A DNA stretch of 64,000 nt from Polyangiaceae bacterium (GTDB lineage: Bacteria > Myxococcota_A > Polyangia > Polyangiales > Polyangiaceae): NCBI GenBank assembly GCA_044376115.1, contig JBILLK010000016.1, positions 1 through 64,000 of the forward strand, in the 5' to 3' direction. A model generated the notes under the pieces. The model was not told the origin of the DNA and searched no databases. It worked only from the letters and a program-made list of their open reading frames with translations. The translations under genes and the position numbers were made by a program. Below are positions 1-8,259 of the stretch, in pieces. How positions within the stretch are numbered: position 1 is the first letter of the stretch; each line of letters starts with the position of its first letter.

Positions 1-139
1 CCAGGTGCTGGTCTCTCGACCGCAACGGGGCACGCTAGGCACTCCTCGGGAATTCGCCACGACACACTGAGAGCAGGTGTAACCCGTCCTCAGCTAAAAG
101 AAACGGTACAGGGCACGTTCACGGTGAGAGGAGAGGAGA

Positions 140-934
140 TCAGGCGAGCACGATATCGAAGGTCCCTAGCAGGGCCTCGCGGCCTTTGGCTTGGCCGGGG
201 GTGAGCGGAATCACGAGCGAGTTCTTCACGAAGGGATCGATGGGGATATACGGATCTCCCTCGAAGTAGAGCTGGGTCGTGAGGGCGATGCCTTGCTCGT
301 GACTGACCTTGTAGTGAATGTGGGCGGGTCGGAATTGGGCGCCGTTGAGGTACCAGCCGGGCTTGATGGTGAGGAAGCTGTAGCGGCCGTTTGCGTCGGT
401 CTCGATGCGGCCTCGCAAGACGAAGCCCTCGTTGTCGTAACCGCCGCCTTCGTCGGCCTGCCATACGTCGACGATGGCACCGGCGAGCGGCGTCTCGCAG
501 TCGCAGCCGTACACGGTGCCCTCGATGCGCAGGAGCTCGCCGGGCAGGTCGTCGGCGAGGTTCGAGTCGAAGGGAGCGTTGGCTTTGTAGAAGGGCCCGA
601 GGATGTTGTCCTCGCTGATGAAGCAGCCTGCGGTGGGCCCGCGCTGTTTGCATTGGGCCAGCGGGTTCGCGCCGCCACCGGCTCCTCCTTCTCCGCCCAT
701 TCCCCCGCTGCCCGGCATTCCGCCCTGTCCGAGGCCACCGGCCCCAGCTTCACCGCCAGCACCGGCCTCGCCGCCAGCGCCGCCTCCACCCGAATCGGCG
801 GCGGCCTGCGAGTCGTCCCCGCAGCCGACGATGGGCACCGAGCTCGCGAACAACTGCAAGACCTGCCTGCGCGAGAGACCACCTTGCTTCAACCAATCGA
901 GCTTGCTGCGTTGCATCTTCACGAGCGGCAGCAT
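140..934 (-). CDS. Intradiol ring-cleavage dioxygenase family protein with Tat/lipoprotein-like N-terminus
   Basis: GPFY, VDVWQAD..G.Y, PGWY, RPAHIH and TTQLYF motifs. N-terminal SRRQVL and IVGC followed by a Gly-rich linker. Confidence 0.85.
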   Translation of the reverse strand: MLPLVKMQRSKLDWLKQGGLSRRQVLQLFASSVPIVGCGDDSQAAADSGGGGAGGEAGAGGEAGAGGLGQGGMPGSGGMGGEGGAGGGANPLAQCKQRGPTAGCFISEDNILGPFYKANAPFDSNLADDLPGELLRIEGTVYGCDCETPLAGAIVDVWQADEGGGYDNEGFVLRGRIETDANGRYSFLTIKPGWYLNGAQFRPAHIHYKVSHEQGIALTTQLYFEGDPYIPIDPFVKNSLVIPLTPGQAKGREALLGTFDIVLA

Positions 935-1005
935 GCGGCTGTTCGGTCGTTCTCACAATCAGAACGTCCCGAACGCGACTGTTCGGGATTACCTAACGCC
1001 CGAAC

Positions 1006-2388
1006 TCAGCCGTTGAACACTATAAGCTTCTCGCGCGAGAGCTCGGCCAGCGAATAGGGCAGGCCGCCCACGCCGAGGCCCGACTCTCCCCAACCGCCAA
1101 ACGGCATCCAATCGGCTCGAAAAGCCGTGTGATCGTTGATCAGCACGGTGGCGGCTCGCAGGCCGCGCGCGGCTTGCAACGCGGCGTCGATGCGGGCGGT
1201 GAAGATGGCGGCTTGGAAATGCCAGCGCGAGGCGTTGGCCAGCTCGACGGCGGCGGCGAGCGAGGGCACCTCTTGCAACGTGACCACCGGACCGAACACC
1301 TCCTCGCGCATCAAGCGGCAGTCGCTGGGCGCTCCTTCGACGACGGTGGGCGCAAACGCCTGCTGACCGATCGGCGTTCCGCCCGTTAGCAGCTGTGCTC
1401 CGCCCTCCTTCGCCTCCGCGAGCCAGCTCGCGATGCGCTCGACTTCGCGCGCGCGAATCAGCGGCCCCACCGCTGTATCGGCCGAGCGCGGGTCGCCCAC
1501 CGTTAGCCGCCGCACTTCAGCGAGCAACGCCTCACGGAAGCTCGCTGCGACCTCGCGCTGGACGAGCACGCGTTGCACGCTCACGCACACCTGGCCGGCG
1601 TGGTAGTAGCCGCCTTTGGTGACGAGCGCGGCGGCTCGCTCGAGGTCGGCCGTTGCGTCGATGATCACCGGCGCGGTGCCGCCGTGTTCGAGCGCGAGGC
1701 CGGTGCCGTTCGCGGCGACGCGACGCAGCTTCCAGCCGACGGCGGCGCTGCCGATGAAGTTCACGAAGCTGATGCGCACGTCCGCGACCAGCGCTTCACA
1801 GACGTCGTTGTCGACGATCAAGAGCTCGGCCCATTCCTGAGGTAGCCCGGCTTGGTGCATGAACTGCAGCAGCTTCTCGGCCGAGAGCGGTGTCTCGAGC
1901 GCGGGTTTGACCAACACCGGGCAGCCGGCGATCAGCGCTGGGCCAACCTGATGGACGATCAGATTGAGCGGGTGGTTGAAGGCGCTGATGGCGAGCACGG
2001 GGCCGCGCGGCTCACGCAGCGTGAAGGCGATGCGCCCGGCCGTCGCCGCGGTGCCTCCCATCGGGATGGCGTGGCCAGCGAGCCGCTCGCCTTCGCCCGC
2101 CAGAAACTCGAGGCCGGCAGCCGCGCGGGTGACCTCGACGCGAGCATCCAGCAGCGGTTTGCCGCCCTCGCTCGCGATCAGCAGCGCTAGCGTTTCGTGT
2201 TGGGCGCGCACCTCCGCTGCCACTCGGCGGATGATTGCAATCCGCTCGGCCATCGGCAGCGGGCCTCGAGCGTGCGCTTCGCAAGCGCGAACCAGCGCGC
2301 GCTCAGCGTCTTGTCGCGTGTGGCGGGGGAGCTCTCCGACCAGCGAGCCATCGAACGGGGAGCGGACGTCGAGCGTAGCAGCTTGCAT
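1006..2388 (-). CDS. Aldehyde dehydrogenase family protein
   Basis: FNHPLN, FIGSAAVG, LEHGG, AGQVCVS (catalytic Cys), EEVFGP and PFGG motifs. Confidence 0.93.
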   Translation of the reverse strand: MQAATLDVRSPFDGSLVGELPRHTRQDAERALVRACEAHARGPLPMAERIAIIRRVAAEVRAQHETLALLIASEGGKPLLDARVEVTRAAAGLEFLAGEGERLAGHAIPMGGTAATAGRIAFTLREPRGPVLAISAFNHPLNLIVHQVGPALIAGCPVLVKPALETPLSAEKLLQFMHQAGLPQEWAELLIVDNDVCEALVADVRISFVNFIGSAAVGWKLRRVAANGTGLALEHGGTAPVIIDATADLERAAALVTKGGYYHAGQVCVSVQRVLVQREVAASFREALLAEVRRLTVGDPRSADTAVGPLIRAREVERIASWLAEAKEGGAQLLTGGTPIGQQAFAPTVVEGAPSDCRLMREEVFGPVVTLQEVPSLAAAVELANASRWHFQAAIFTARIDAALQAARGLRAATVLINDHTAFRADWMPFGGWGESGLGVGGLPYSLAELSREKLIVFNG

Positions 2389-2461
2389 CTTCCCCTATTG
2401 CCACAGCGCGCTTGGTGACGGCTATTGCAACGGCGATGCGCGAAGGCGATTCTCCCTGGCC

Positions 2462-3589
2462 ATGTCGACGAAGCGAAAGATCGCCATCAACACCGGCGGC
2501 GGCGATGCCCCCGGTCTCAACGCCGTGATTCGAGCCGCGACCCTAGCCGCGCTGGAGCGCGACTGGGAAGTGTGGGGCATTCGTTACGGCTACCGCAGCC
2601 TGCTCGACGATGAAGTTGGCTTGATGCGGCTCGATCGGGCGGCGGTGCGCGGTATCGCCCATCTCGGCGGCACCATTCTCGGGACGGCTAATCGCGGGGA
2701 CCCGTTCCACTTTCCGACGTTGGACCCGGCCACCGGTACCTTGGTACCGAAGGACCGCTCGGCGGATTTGGTGAAGCGATTTCACGAGGAGGGCTTCGAG
2801 GCGCTGATTGCGATCGGCGGCGACGGTTCGCTCTCGTTGGCGCACAAGCTCGGCGGGCTCGGTCTTGGACAGGTGGTGGGCGTGCCCAAGACGATCGACA
2901 ACGACGTCGCTGGTACCGATATCACCTTCGGCTTTGAAACCGCGGTTTCGATCGCAACCGAAGCGATCGATCGACTTCACACCACCACCGAGTCGCATGA
3001 GCGCGTGATGGTGGTCGAGCTGATGGGGCGACACGCTGGGTGGATCGCGATGGTCGCAGGCGTGGCCGGCGGCGCTGACGCCATCCTGATTCCGGAGGTC
3101 CCCTACGACCTGCAAGCCGTCGCCGCCAAGGTGCTGCAACGCGAACGACGCGGTCGGAAGTTCTCGATCATCGTCGTGGCGGAGGGAGCAAAGCCGATCG
3201 GCGGCAGCATCACGGTGCGTTCGGAAGGAGACGTGTTTCGTCGCGTGGAGGTGCTCGGCGGAGTGGCCGAGAGCGTCGCCAAGCAGCTCGGTCCGATGAC
3301 CGGAAAAGAGACGCGCTCGATGGTGCTCGGGCACTTGCAACGCGGTGGTTGGCCTTCGGCGAGCGATCGCGTGCTCGCCCTACGCTTTGGCGCGGCCGCC
3401 ATAGGCACACTCGCTACGACCAAGGAAAGCGGCATGGTGGCCATGCACAACAACGCGGTTACATTGGTGCCTTTCTCCGAGGTTGCAGGCAAGACACGGT
3501 CTGTTCCAACGACGGGAGGAATCCTAGAAACAGCTCGTTCGCTGGGGATCTGCATGGGTGACGAGCCTTCAGGTCACTTCGACACCTGA
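2462..3589 (+). CDS. pfkA: 6-phosphofructokinase (PfkA family, GGDG/PKTIDND type)
   Basis: TGGGDAPGLN, GGTILGT, GGDGS, PKTIDND, ELMGRHAG and LGHLQRGG motifs. Start re-chosen at ATG 2462. Confidence 0.93.
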   Translation: MSTKRKIAINTGGGDAPGLNAVIRAATLAALERDWEVWGIRYGYRSLLDDEVGLMRLDRAAVRGIAHLGGTILGTANRGDPFHFPTLDPATGTLVPKDRSADLVKRFHEEGFEALIAIGGDGSLSLAHKLGGLGLGQVVGVPKTIDNDVAGTDITFGFETAVSIATEAIDRLHTTTESHERVMVVELMGRHAGWIAMVAGVAGGADAILIPEVPYDLQAVAAKVLQRERRGRKFSIIVVAEGAKPIGGSITVRSEGDVFRRVEVLGGVAESVAKQLGPMTGKETRSMVLGHLQRGGWPSASDRVLALRFGAAAIGTLATTKESGMVAMHNNAVTLVPFSEVAGKTRSVPTTGGILETARSLGICMGDEPSGHFDT

Positions 3590-3668
3590 GTGTTTGACCC
3601 GCGAGGCAATGCCCCGATATCGTTCTCTCGCTTTTCCACCGCGCGTGGATGCAGGAAGCTCCGACAAG

Positions 3669-6311
3669 ATGACGAAGGTTCTCGTTTTCGAGAGTGATGC
3701 TGGTTTCGCTGGGGAACTCCGAACTGAGCTAAGCCGCATGGGCTGCACAGTGCAGGTGGTGGATGACGGAAACGCGGGTGTCGCGACCGCCCAACAAGAT
3801 CCGCCCAACTTGATCCTACTTTCGATCGAGTTGCCCCGAATGAATGGGTTCTCGGTTTGCAACAAGCTGAAGAAGGACCCTCAGCTCAAAGACGTGCCGC
3901 TGATCATCATGTCGAGTGATTCGACTGATGAGACCTTCGAGCAGCACAAGAAGTTGCGCACGCGAGCGGAGGACTACGTCCACAAGCCGATCGCGCTGGG
4001 CGAGCTGCTCGAGCACATTCGGCGTTTGGTGCCGCTCGGGGATGCCCGCGGCGAGAACGACGACGCGATCAACATCGATGATTCGATCGAGCTGCTCGAT
4101 GCCGAGGATGTGGAGGAGGCTCCGGTTTCGGTGAGCCCGCCGGCTGCCCCGGCCGCGCCGGCTGCTCCGCCGCGCCGCCCAATGAGCGTCGCGCCCCGAG
4201 CTCCGGCTTCGGTCGTCCCGCAGGCGCCGATCTCGGTTTCTTCCACGCCGCTGCGCGGGGAGGCCGAGATCGATGAGTTCATCGGCGACGCGTTTGACCG
4301 CTTGATGGGGGATGACGAACCCAAGGCTCCCGTACCGCCTGCGCCCGCTCCCGCGCCGGAACCGCCGGCGCCGGAACCGCCGGCCAAAGTTGAGAGCATT
4401 GCTCCTCCTCCGGCGGCCAAGGCCGAGAGCATTGCTCCTCCGCCGGCAGCCAAGGCCGAGAGCGTCGCTCCTCCGCCGCCCGCAGCGGCGAGCGTGCCGC
4501 CTCCTGCCAAGCCCGCCTCGCTGGTGCCACCGCCTGCTGCTGTGGAACGCGCCGCCAGCGTTCCGCCGCCTGCGCCATTGCCCGAAGTGCGAGCGGCTTC
4601 GGTGCCGCCGCCTCCCGCCGTGCCTGCCGCGGTCGCGCCTGCCGCGGTCACTCCTGCCGCCGTTGCGGCCTCCAATGAAGAGGCCGACAAACTCCGCGTG
4701 GAGCTCTCGCGCGCCAAAGACGAGATCGTGCGCTTGTCGAAGGAAGCCGCGGCCGCCAAAGCGCACAGCGCGCGGCTCGAGTCGGACTCGCATGGGCCGA
4801 GTGACTCCGAGGTGCTGCGTCGCGAGATCGATGATCTGCGGCAGCGTTTGGCGACGGCTTCCACGGGCAAAGCTGGCGTCTCCAGCAAGGAGTTCCTCGA
4901 CCTCCGAGAGGCGCTCAACAAAAAAGACAAGGAGCTGATCAACCAGCGCCACGACATCTCGAAGAAAGACAAGGAGCTGATCGACCTGCGCGATCTGAAC
5001 CTTTCGCTCGAGAAAGAGAAGGCGGATCAGGTCGACAAGCTGCTCGAACTCGAGCGGCAAAAGAACGATCTCGAGTCCGCGGTGGATTCACTGCGCGCCG
5101 ACAAGGACTTGGCGAACAAGCGCGCCGACGACTTTCGCGCACGGCTCGACAAGACGCAGACGAACCTCGCGACGCGCGACGGTGAGCTCACGCAAGCGAA
5201 GGAAACGCTGGCGGCCAAAGAGGCTGATTTCGCTGCTACGGCGCAGCAGCTGCGTCAGGAGAAAGCCGACGACATCGCGCGGACCGTGGCTGACAAGGAC
5301 TCCGCCCTGGCCGCTGCGCTAGCCGATGCGGCACGTGAAAAGGCCGAGGCGCTACGCGCGGAGAAGAGCGCGCATGAGGCGGCTACGCGCGAGGCCGAGG
5401 CCAAGCACCAAGAGGCTGTCGTTCAGCTCAAAGACCTGCACACCGGCCAGACCGCGCGCCTCAACGAGACGCATGAAAAGAAGGTCGAGGAGCTCAAGTC
5501 CGCTCATGCCGCCGCGGTCGCCGCCGAGGAGGACGCTCACAAGCAGGCGATGGCCAAGCAGCTCGAGGAGTGGCAAGCCAAGCTCGCTGAGAGTGAAGCG
5601 ACCCGCGCCGCGGAGAAGTCGAGCGCCGAGGCGGCGCTGGCAAAGCGTGAGAAGGAACTCACCGAAGAGCGCGAAGCCGAGAAGGCACGCGGTGAAGCAG
5701 CGCTCGCCAAGCGTGAGAAGGAGCTGACCGAAGAGCGTGAGGCCGCGGTCAGCAAGCTCGAGGGTGAGCGCGACGCCACCGTCAAGTCGCTCACCGAACA
5801 GGCTGAAGCAGCGAAGGCCAAGGCCGACGATGAGATCAGCGCCCTGAAGGCCAAGCTAGCCAGCACCGAAGGCGAGCTCGCCAGCACCCAGGCTGAAAAG
5901 AAGGACACGGAGCAACGCCTGGCCGATTCGATCGCGGCCGGTGAAAAGCTCAAGGCCGAGCTCGCGACCCGCACCTCGGAGCGCGACGACACGAAGCAGG
6001 AGTTGGAGGCGACCAAGACCGACTTGGCTGAAACCAAGACCGCGCTCAGCGATACAAAGTCCACGCTGTCCGAGCGCGATAGCAAGGTGGCCGAGCTCGA
6101 ACGCACGTTGCAAGCCAAAGAGGCGGATCTCGAGAAGGCCCAGGGCGAGATTGAGCTGCTCAGCGGCTCGCTCTCGGTCGAGCGTGCGCGGGTGGAGAAG
6201 GCTCGCCACAAGTGGGGCGAGGACAAGGCCTCGCTCGACCGTGCTCGTCAGGCGCTGACCAGCGCGCTCGAGCGGATCGCCGAAGCCGAGGCGCGCAAAC
6301 TCGAGGAGTAA
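3669..6311 (+). CDS. frzS: FrzS-like motility regulator: atypical receiver domain, Pro/Ala-rich linker, long coiled coil
   Basis: Receiver begins VLVFESD, has LILLS where the phosphoacceptor Asp is expected, and contains CNKLKKDPQLKDVP and FEQHKKL...DYVHKP, recalled as FrzS-like. More than 500 aa of heptad-rich C-terminus. Confidence 0.72.
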   Translation: MTKVLVFESDAGFAGELRTELSRMGCTVQVVDDGNAGVATAQQDPPNLILLSIELPRMNGFSVCNKLKKDPQLKDVPLIIMSSDSTDETFEQHKKLRTRAEDYVHKPIALGELLEHIRRLVPLGDARGENDDAINIDDSIELLDAEDVEEAPVSVSPPAAPAAPAAPPRRPMSVAPRAPASVVPQAPISVSSTPLRGEAEIDEFIGDAFDRLMGDDEPKAPVPPAPAPAPEPPAPEPPAKVESIAPPPAAKAESIAPPPAAKAESVAPPPPAAASVPPPAKPASLVPPPAAVERAASVPPPAPLPEVRAASVPPPPAVPAAVAPAAVTPAAVAASNEEADKLRVELSRAKDEIVRLSKEAAAAKAHSARLESDSHGPSDSEVLRREIDDLRQRLATASTGKAGVSSKEFLDLREALNKKDKELINQRHDISKKDKELIDLRDLNLSLEKEKADQVDKLLELERQKNDLESAVDSLRADKDLANKRADDFRARLDKTQTNLATRDGELTQAKETLAAKEADFAATAQQLRQEKADDIARTVADKDSALAAALADAAREKAEALRAEKSAHEAATREAEAKHQEAVVQLKDLHTGQTARLNETHEKKVEELKSAHAAAVAAEEDAHKQAMAKQLEEWQAKLAESEATRAAEKSSAEAALAKREKELTEEREAEKARGEAALAKREKELTEEREAAVSKLEGERDATVKSLTEQAEAAKAKADDEISALKAKLASTEGELASTQAEKKDTEQRLADSIAAGEKLKAELATRTSERDDTKQELEATKTDLAETKTALSDTKSTLSERDSKVAELERTLQAKEADLEKAQGEIELLSGSLSVERARVEKARHKWGEDKASLDRARQALTSALERIAEAEARKLEE

Positions 6312-6323
6312 CTGCTGCGCGGA

Positions 6324-6355
6324 GCGTCCGCCCGCTGTCTACCAGCGGCGGACGC
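6324..6355. terminator. GC-rich hairpin between convergent genes
   Basis: GCGTCCGCCCGCTG-tctac-CAGCGGCGGACGC, an imperfect inverted repeat between the 6311 and 6360 stops. No U-tract. Confidence 0.5.
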
Positions 6356-6359
6356 AGCC

Positions 6360-6782
6360 TCAGGTCCGGTCGCCGAGCAGGCTCTCGGGCCTGAAAGCGC
6401 GCGGCAGCAGCGTCTCGAGGGTGGTTTCGTAAAACGTTTCGCGAGCGTCTGCGCCGACTAGGCGAATCGGCAAATCGCGGGCGAACTCGGCCAGCACCTG
6501 CCTGCACATTCCGCAGGGCGTGCCGGCCTCTTTGCCCCGCGTCACGATGGCGATGGCGATCGGCTTGGACTCGCCGGCCGCGACCATGCTGACGATGGCC
6601 GTGCGTTCCGCGCAGACGGTGAGGCCGTAGGAAGCGTTCTCGACGTTGCAACCAGCGAACACGCGGCCGGAGGCCGTGAGGACCGCGGCGCCGACGTGGT
6701 AATTCGAGTACGGCGCGTAGGCTCGAGCTCGCGCTTGTTCGGCTTGTTGCAGCAACGCTTCCCAGTCGATCGGCTGGGTCAT
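6360..6782 (-). CDS. cdd: Cytidine deaminase
   Basis: AYAPYS, GCNVENASYG, CAERTA and PCGMCRQ zinc motifs. Overlaps the upstream PNP gene. Confidence 0.95.
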   Translation of the reverse strand: MTQPIDWEALLQQAEQARARAYAPYSNYHVGAAVLTASGRVFAGCNVENASYGLTVCAERTAIVSMVAAGESKPIAIAIVTRGKEAGTPCGMCRQVLAEFARDLPIRLVGADARETFYETTLETLLPRAFRPESLLGDRT

Positions 6783-7669
6783 TGCGCCGGCACCAAGCGA
6801 CCCACGTTGGCGATCCAGCCGGCGAGCAACGATTCGAAGCGGCTCTTGGTCGAGCGCGCCGTCTCCTCGACCTCGGCGTGATCGAGTTCGCCTTTGGAGA
6901 TGCCGGCCGCGAGGTTGGTGATGCAGCTCATCGCGCCGACGAGCACGCGTTGGTGCCGCAGGGCGATCACCTCCGGCACCGTGCTCATACCGACGGCGTC
7001 AGCACCGATTACTCGCAGCATGCGGATCTCGGCTGGGGTCTCGTAGCTGGGGCCCAACATCGCGGCGTAAACACCTTCACTGAGCGGTACTCCGAGCTCC
7101 TTGGCGGCGTCCGCCGCTGCGGCGCGCACTTGGGCGGAGTAGGCCTCGGTGAGATCGGGGAAGCGCGGTCCCCAGGCGTCGACGTTCGGCCCTGCGAGCG
7201 GGTTTCTGCCCATCAGGTTCAGGTGGTCACGCAGCACCATCAAGTCCCCGGGAGCCATGCCGTCGCGAATGCCGCCGGCCGCGTTGGTGATCAGCACCGC
7301 CTTCGCGCCGAGGCGCGAGAGCAGCCGCGCACCGAACACGACCTTGTGCATCGCGTGGCCTTCATAGGCGTGAACACGGCCTTGTAGACAGACCACCTCG
7401 ACCGCGCCGACGCGGCCAAGCACCAAATTCCCCGCGTGACCCACCACCGCCGATTGCGGCATGAACGGGATCTCGGCGTACGGAATCGAGACGCGCTCCT
7501 CGAGCGTGTTGGCGAAGCTGCCGAGGCCTGAACCGAGGATGAGCCCGACCCGCGGCACCAAGCTGGTTTTGGCTTGGACGTAGGCGGCAGCCGACTCGAG
7601 CTCCTGCAGGCTCGAGCTCTCGTCGTTGGCTTCGTGGCGGGGTGCGGTGGAGGACGCGGGGAGTGTCAT
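6779..7669 (-). CDS. punA: Purine-nucleoside phosphorylase (trimeric type)
   Basis: ILGSGLG, GHAG, QGRVHAYEG, TNAAGG, GPSYETPAE, VGMSTVPE and ITNLAAG motifs. Confidence 0.93.
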   Translation of the reverse strand: MTLPASSTAPRHEANDESSSLQELESAAAYVQAKTSLVPRVGLILGSGLGSFANTLEERVSIPYAEIPFMPQSAVVGHAGNLVLGRVGAVEVVCLQGRVHAYEGHAMHKVVFGARLLSRLGAKAVLITNAAGGIRDGMAPGDLMVLRDHLNLMGRNPLAGPNVDAWGPRFPDLTEAYSAQVRAAAADAAKELGVPLSEGVYAAMLGPSYETPAEIRMLRVIGADAVGMSTVPEVIALRHQRVLVGAMSCITNLAAGISKGELDHAEVEETARSTKSRFESLLAGWIANVGRLVPAQ

Positions 7670-7812
7670 GGCCCACGAAGACTAAACGCTTCCGTCGAAA
7701 GGGGGGAACGTGTTAGCTTGCCGCCCCGATTTCAGCCGAAGGTTGGAATTGATCCTTTCAATCCTTCCGCTGTCAGATCCGCACCATTCGCGGAATTCCT
7801 TCAAGGACGACC

Positions 7813-8151
7813 ATGAGCAACAAGTTCGCCGATCTCATCAAAGAAAAGAAGCTCAACCCCAAGCGACTTCTCGCGATCTCGGTTGAGCTCGAGAAGCTCC
7901 GCCCGGTTGACCGCGCCGCCAAGTTGGCGAAGCGCACGGCGAAAGCCAAGATCGCTGCCGGTAAAGAGGACAAGAACGCTGCCCCGATCGCCAAGCCCCG
8001 CAGCGGCCGGCCCATCACGCCCCGCGCCATTGAAGCCGCGCTCGCCGGCAAGGCCCTCACCGGCCCGCAGAAGACGCGCCTGCTCAAGGCCGTGAACGCC
8101 CTGCTCGAGGTGAAGAAGGCCCCCGCAGTTGAGCTCAGCGCCCTCTTCTGA
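7813..8151 (+). CDS. Small Lys/Ala-rich basic protein, probable DNA-binding protein
   Basis: AAGGA RBS, strongly biased codons, own terminator. The pattern resembles an XRE/Cro fold with a basic insertion. Confidence 0.7.
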   Translation: MSNKFADLIKEKKLNPKRLLAISVELEKLRPVDRAAKLAKRTAKAKIAAGKEDKNAAPIAKPRSGRPITPRAIEAALAGKALTGPQKTRLLKAVNALLEVKKAPAVELSALF

Positions 8152-8188
8152 GCAACACGGAGCGCCGCTCCAAGGCGCGCCCTGAACG

Positions 8189-8225
8189 ACGAGCGATCTC
8201 GCAAGAGGTCGCTCGTTTGCTTTTG
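8189..8225 (+). terminator. Rho-independent terminator
   Basis: ACGAGCGATCTC-gcaa-GAGGTCGCTCGT followed by TTGCTTTTG. Confidence 0.75.
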
Positions 8226-8259
8226 TGCGTTGATGGTTCGTGCGTTGTGGGCCCTTCGC

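Noticed and set aside
1..139. Possible gene or regulatory element at the window start
   Set aside because: Too little context and no supported motif.
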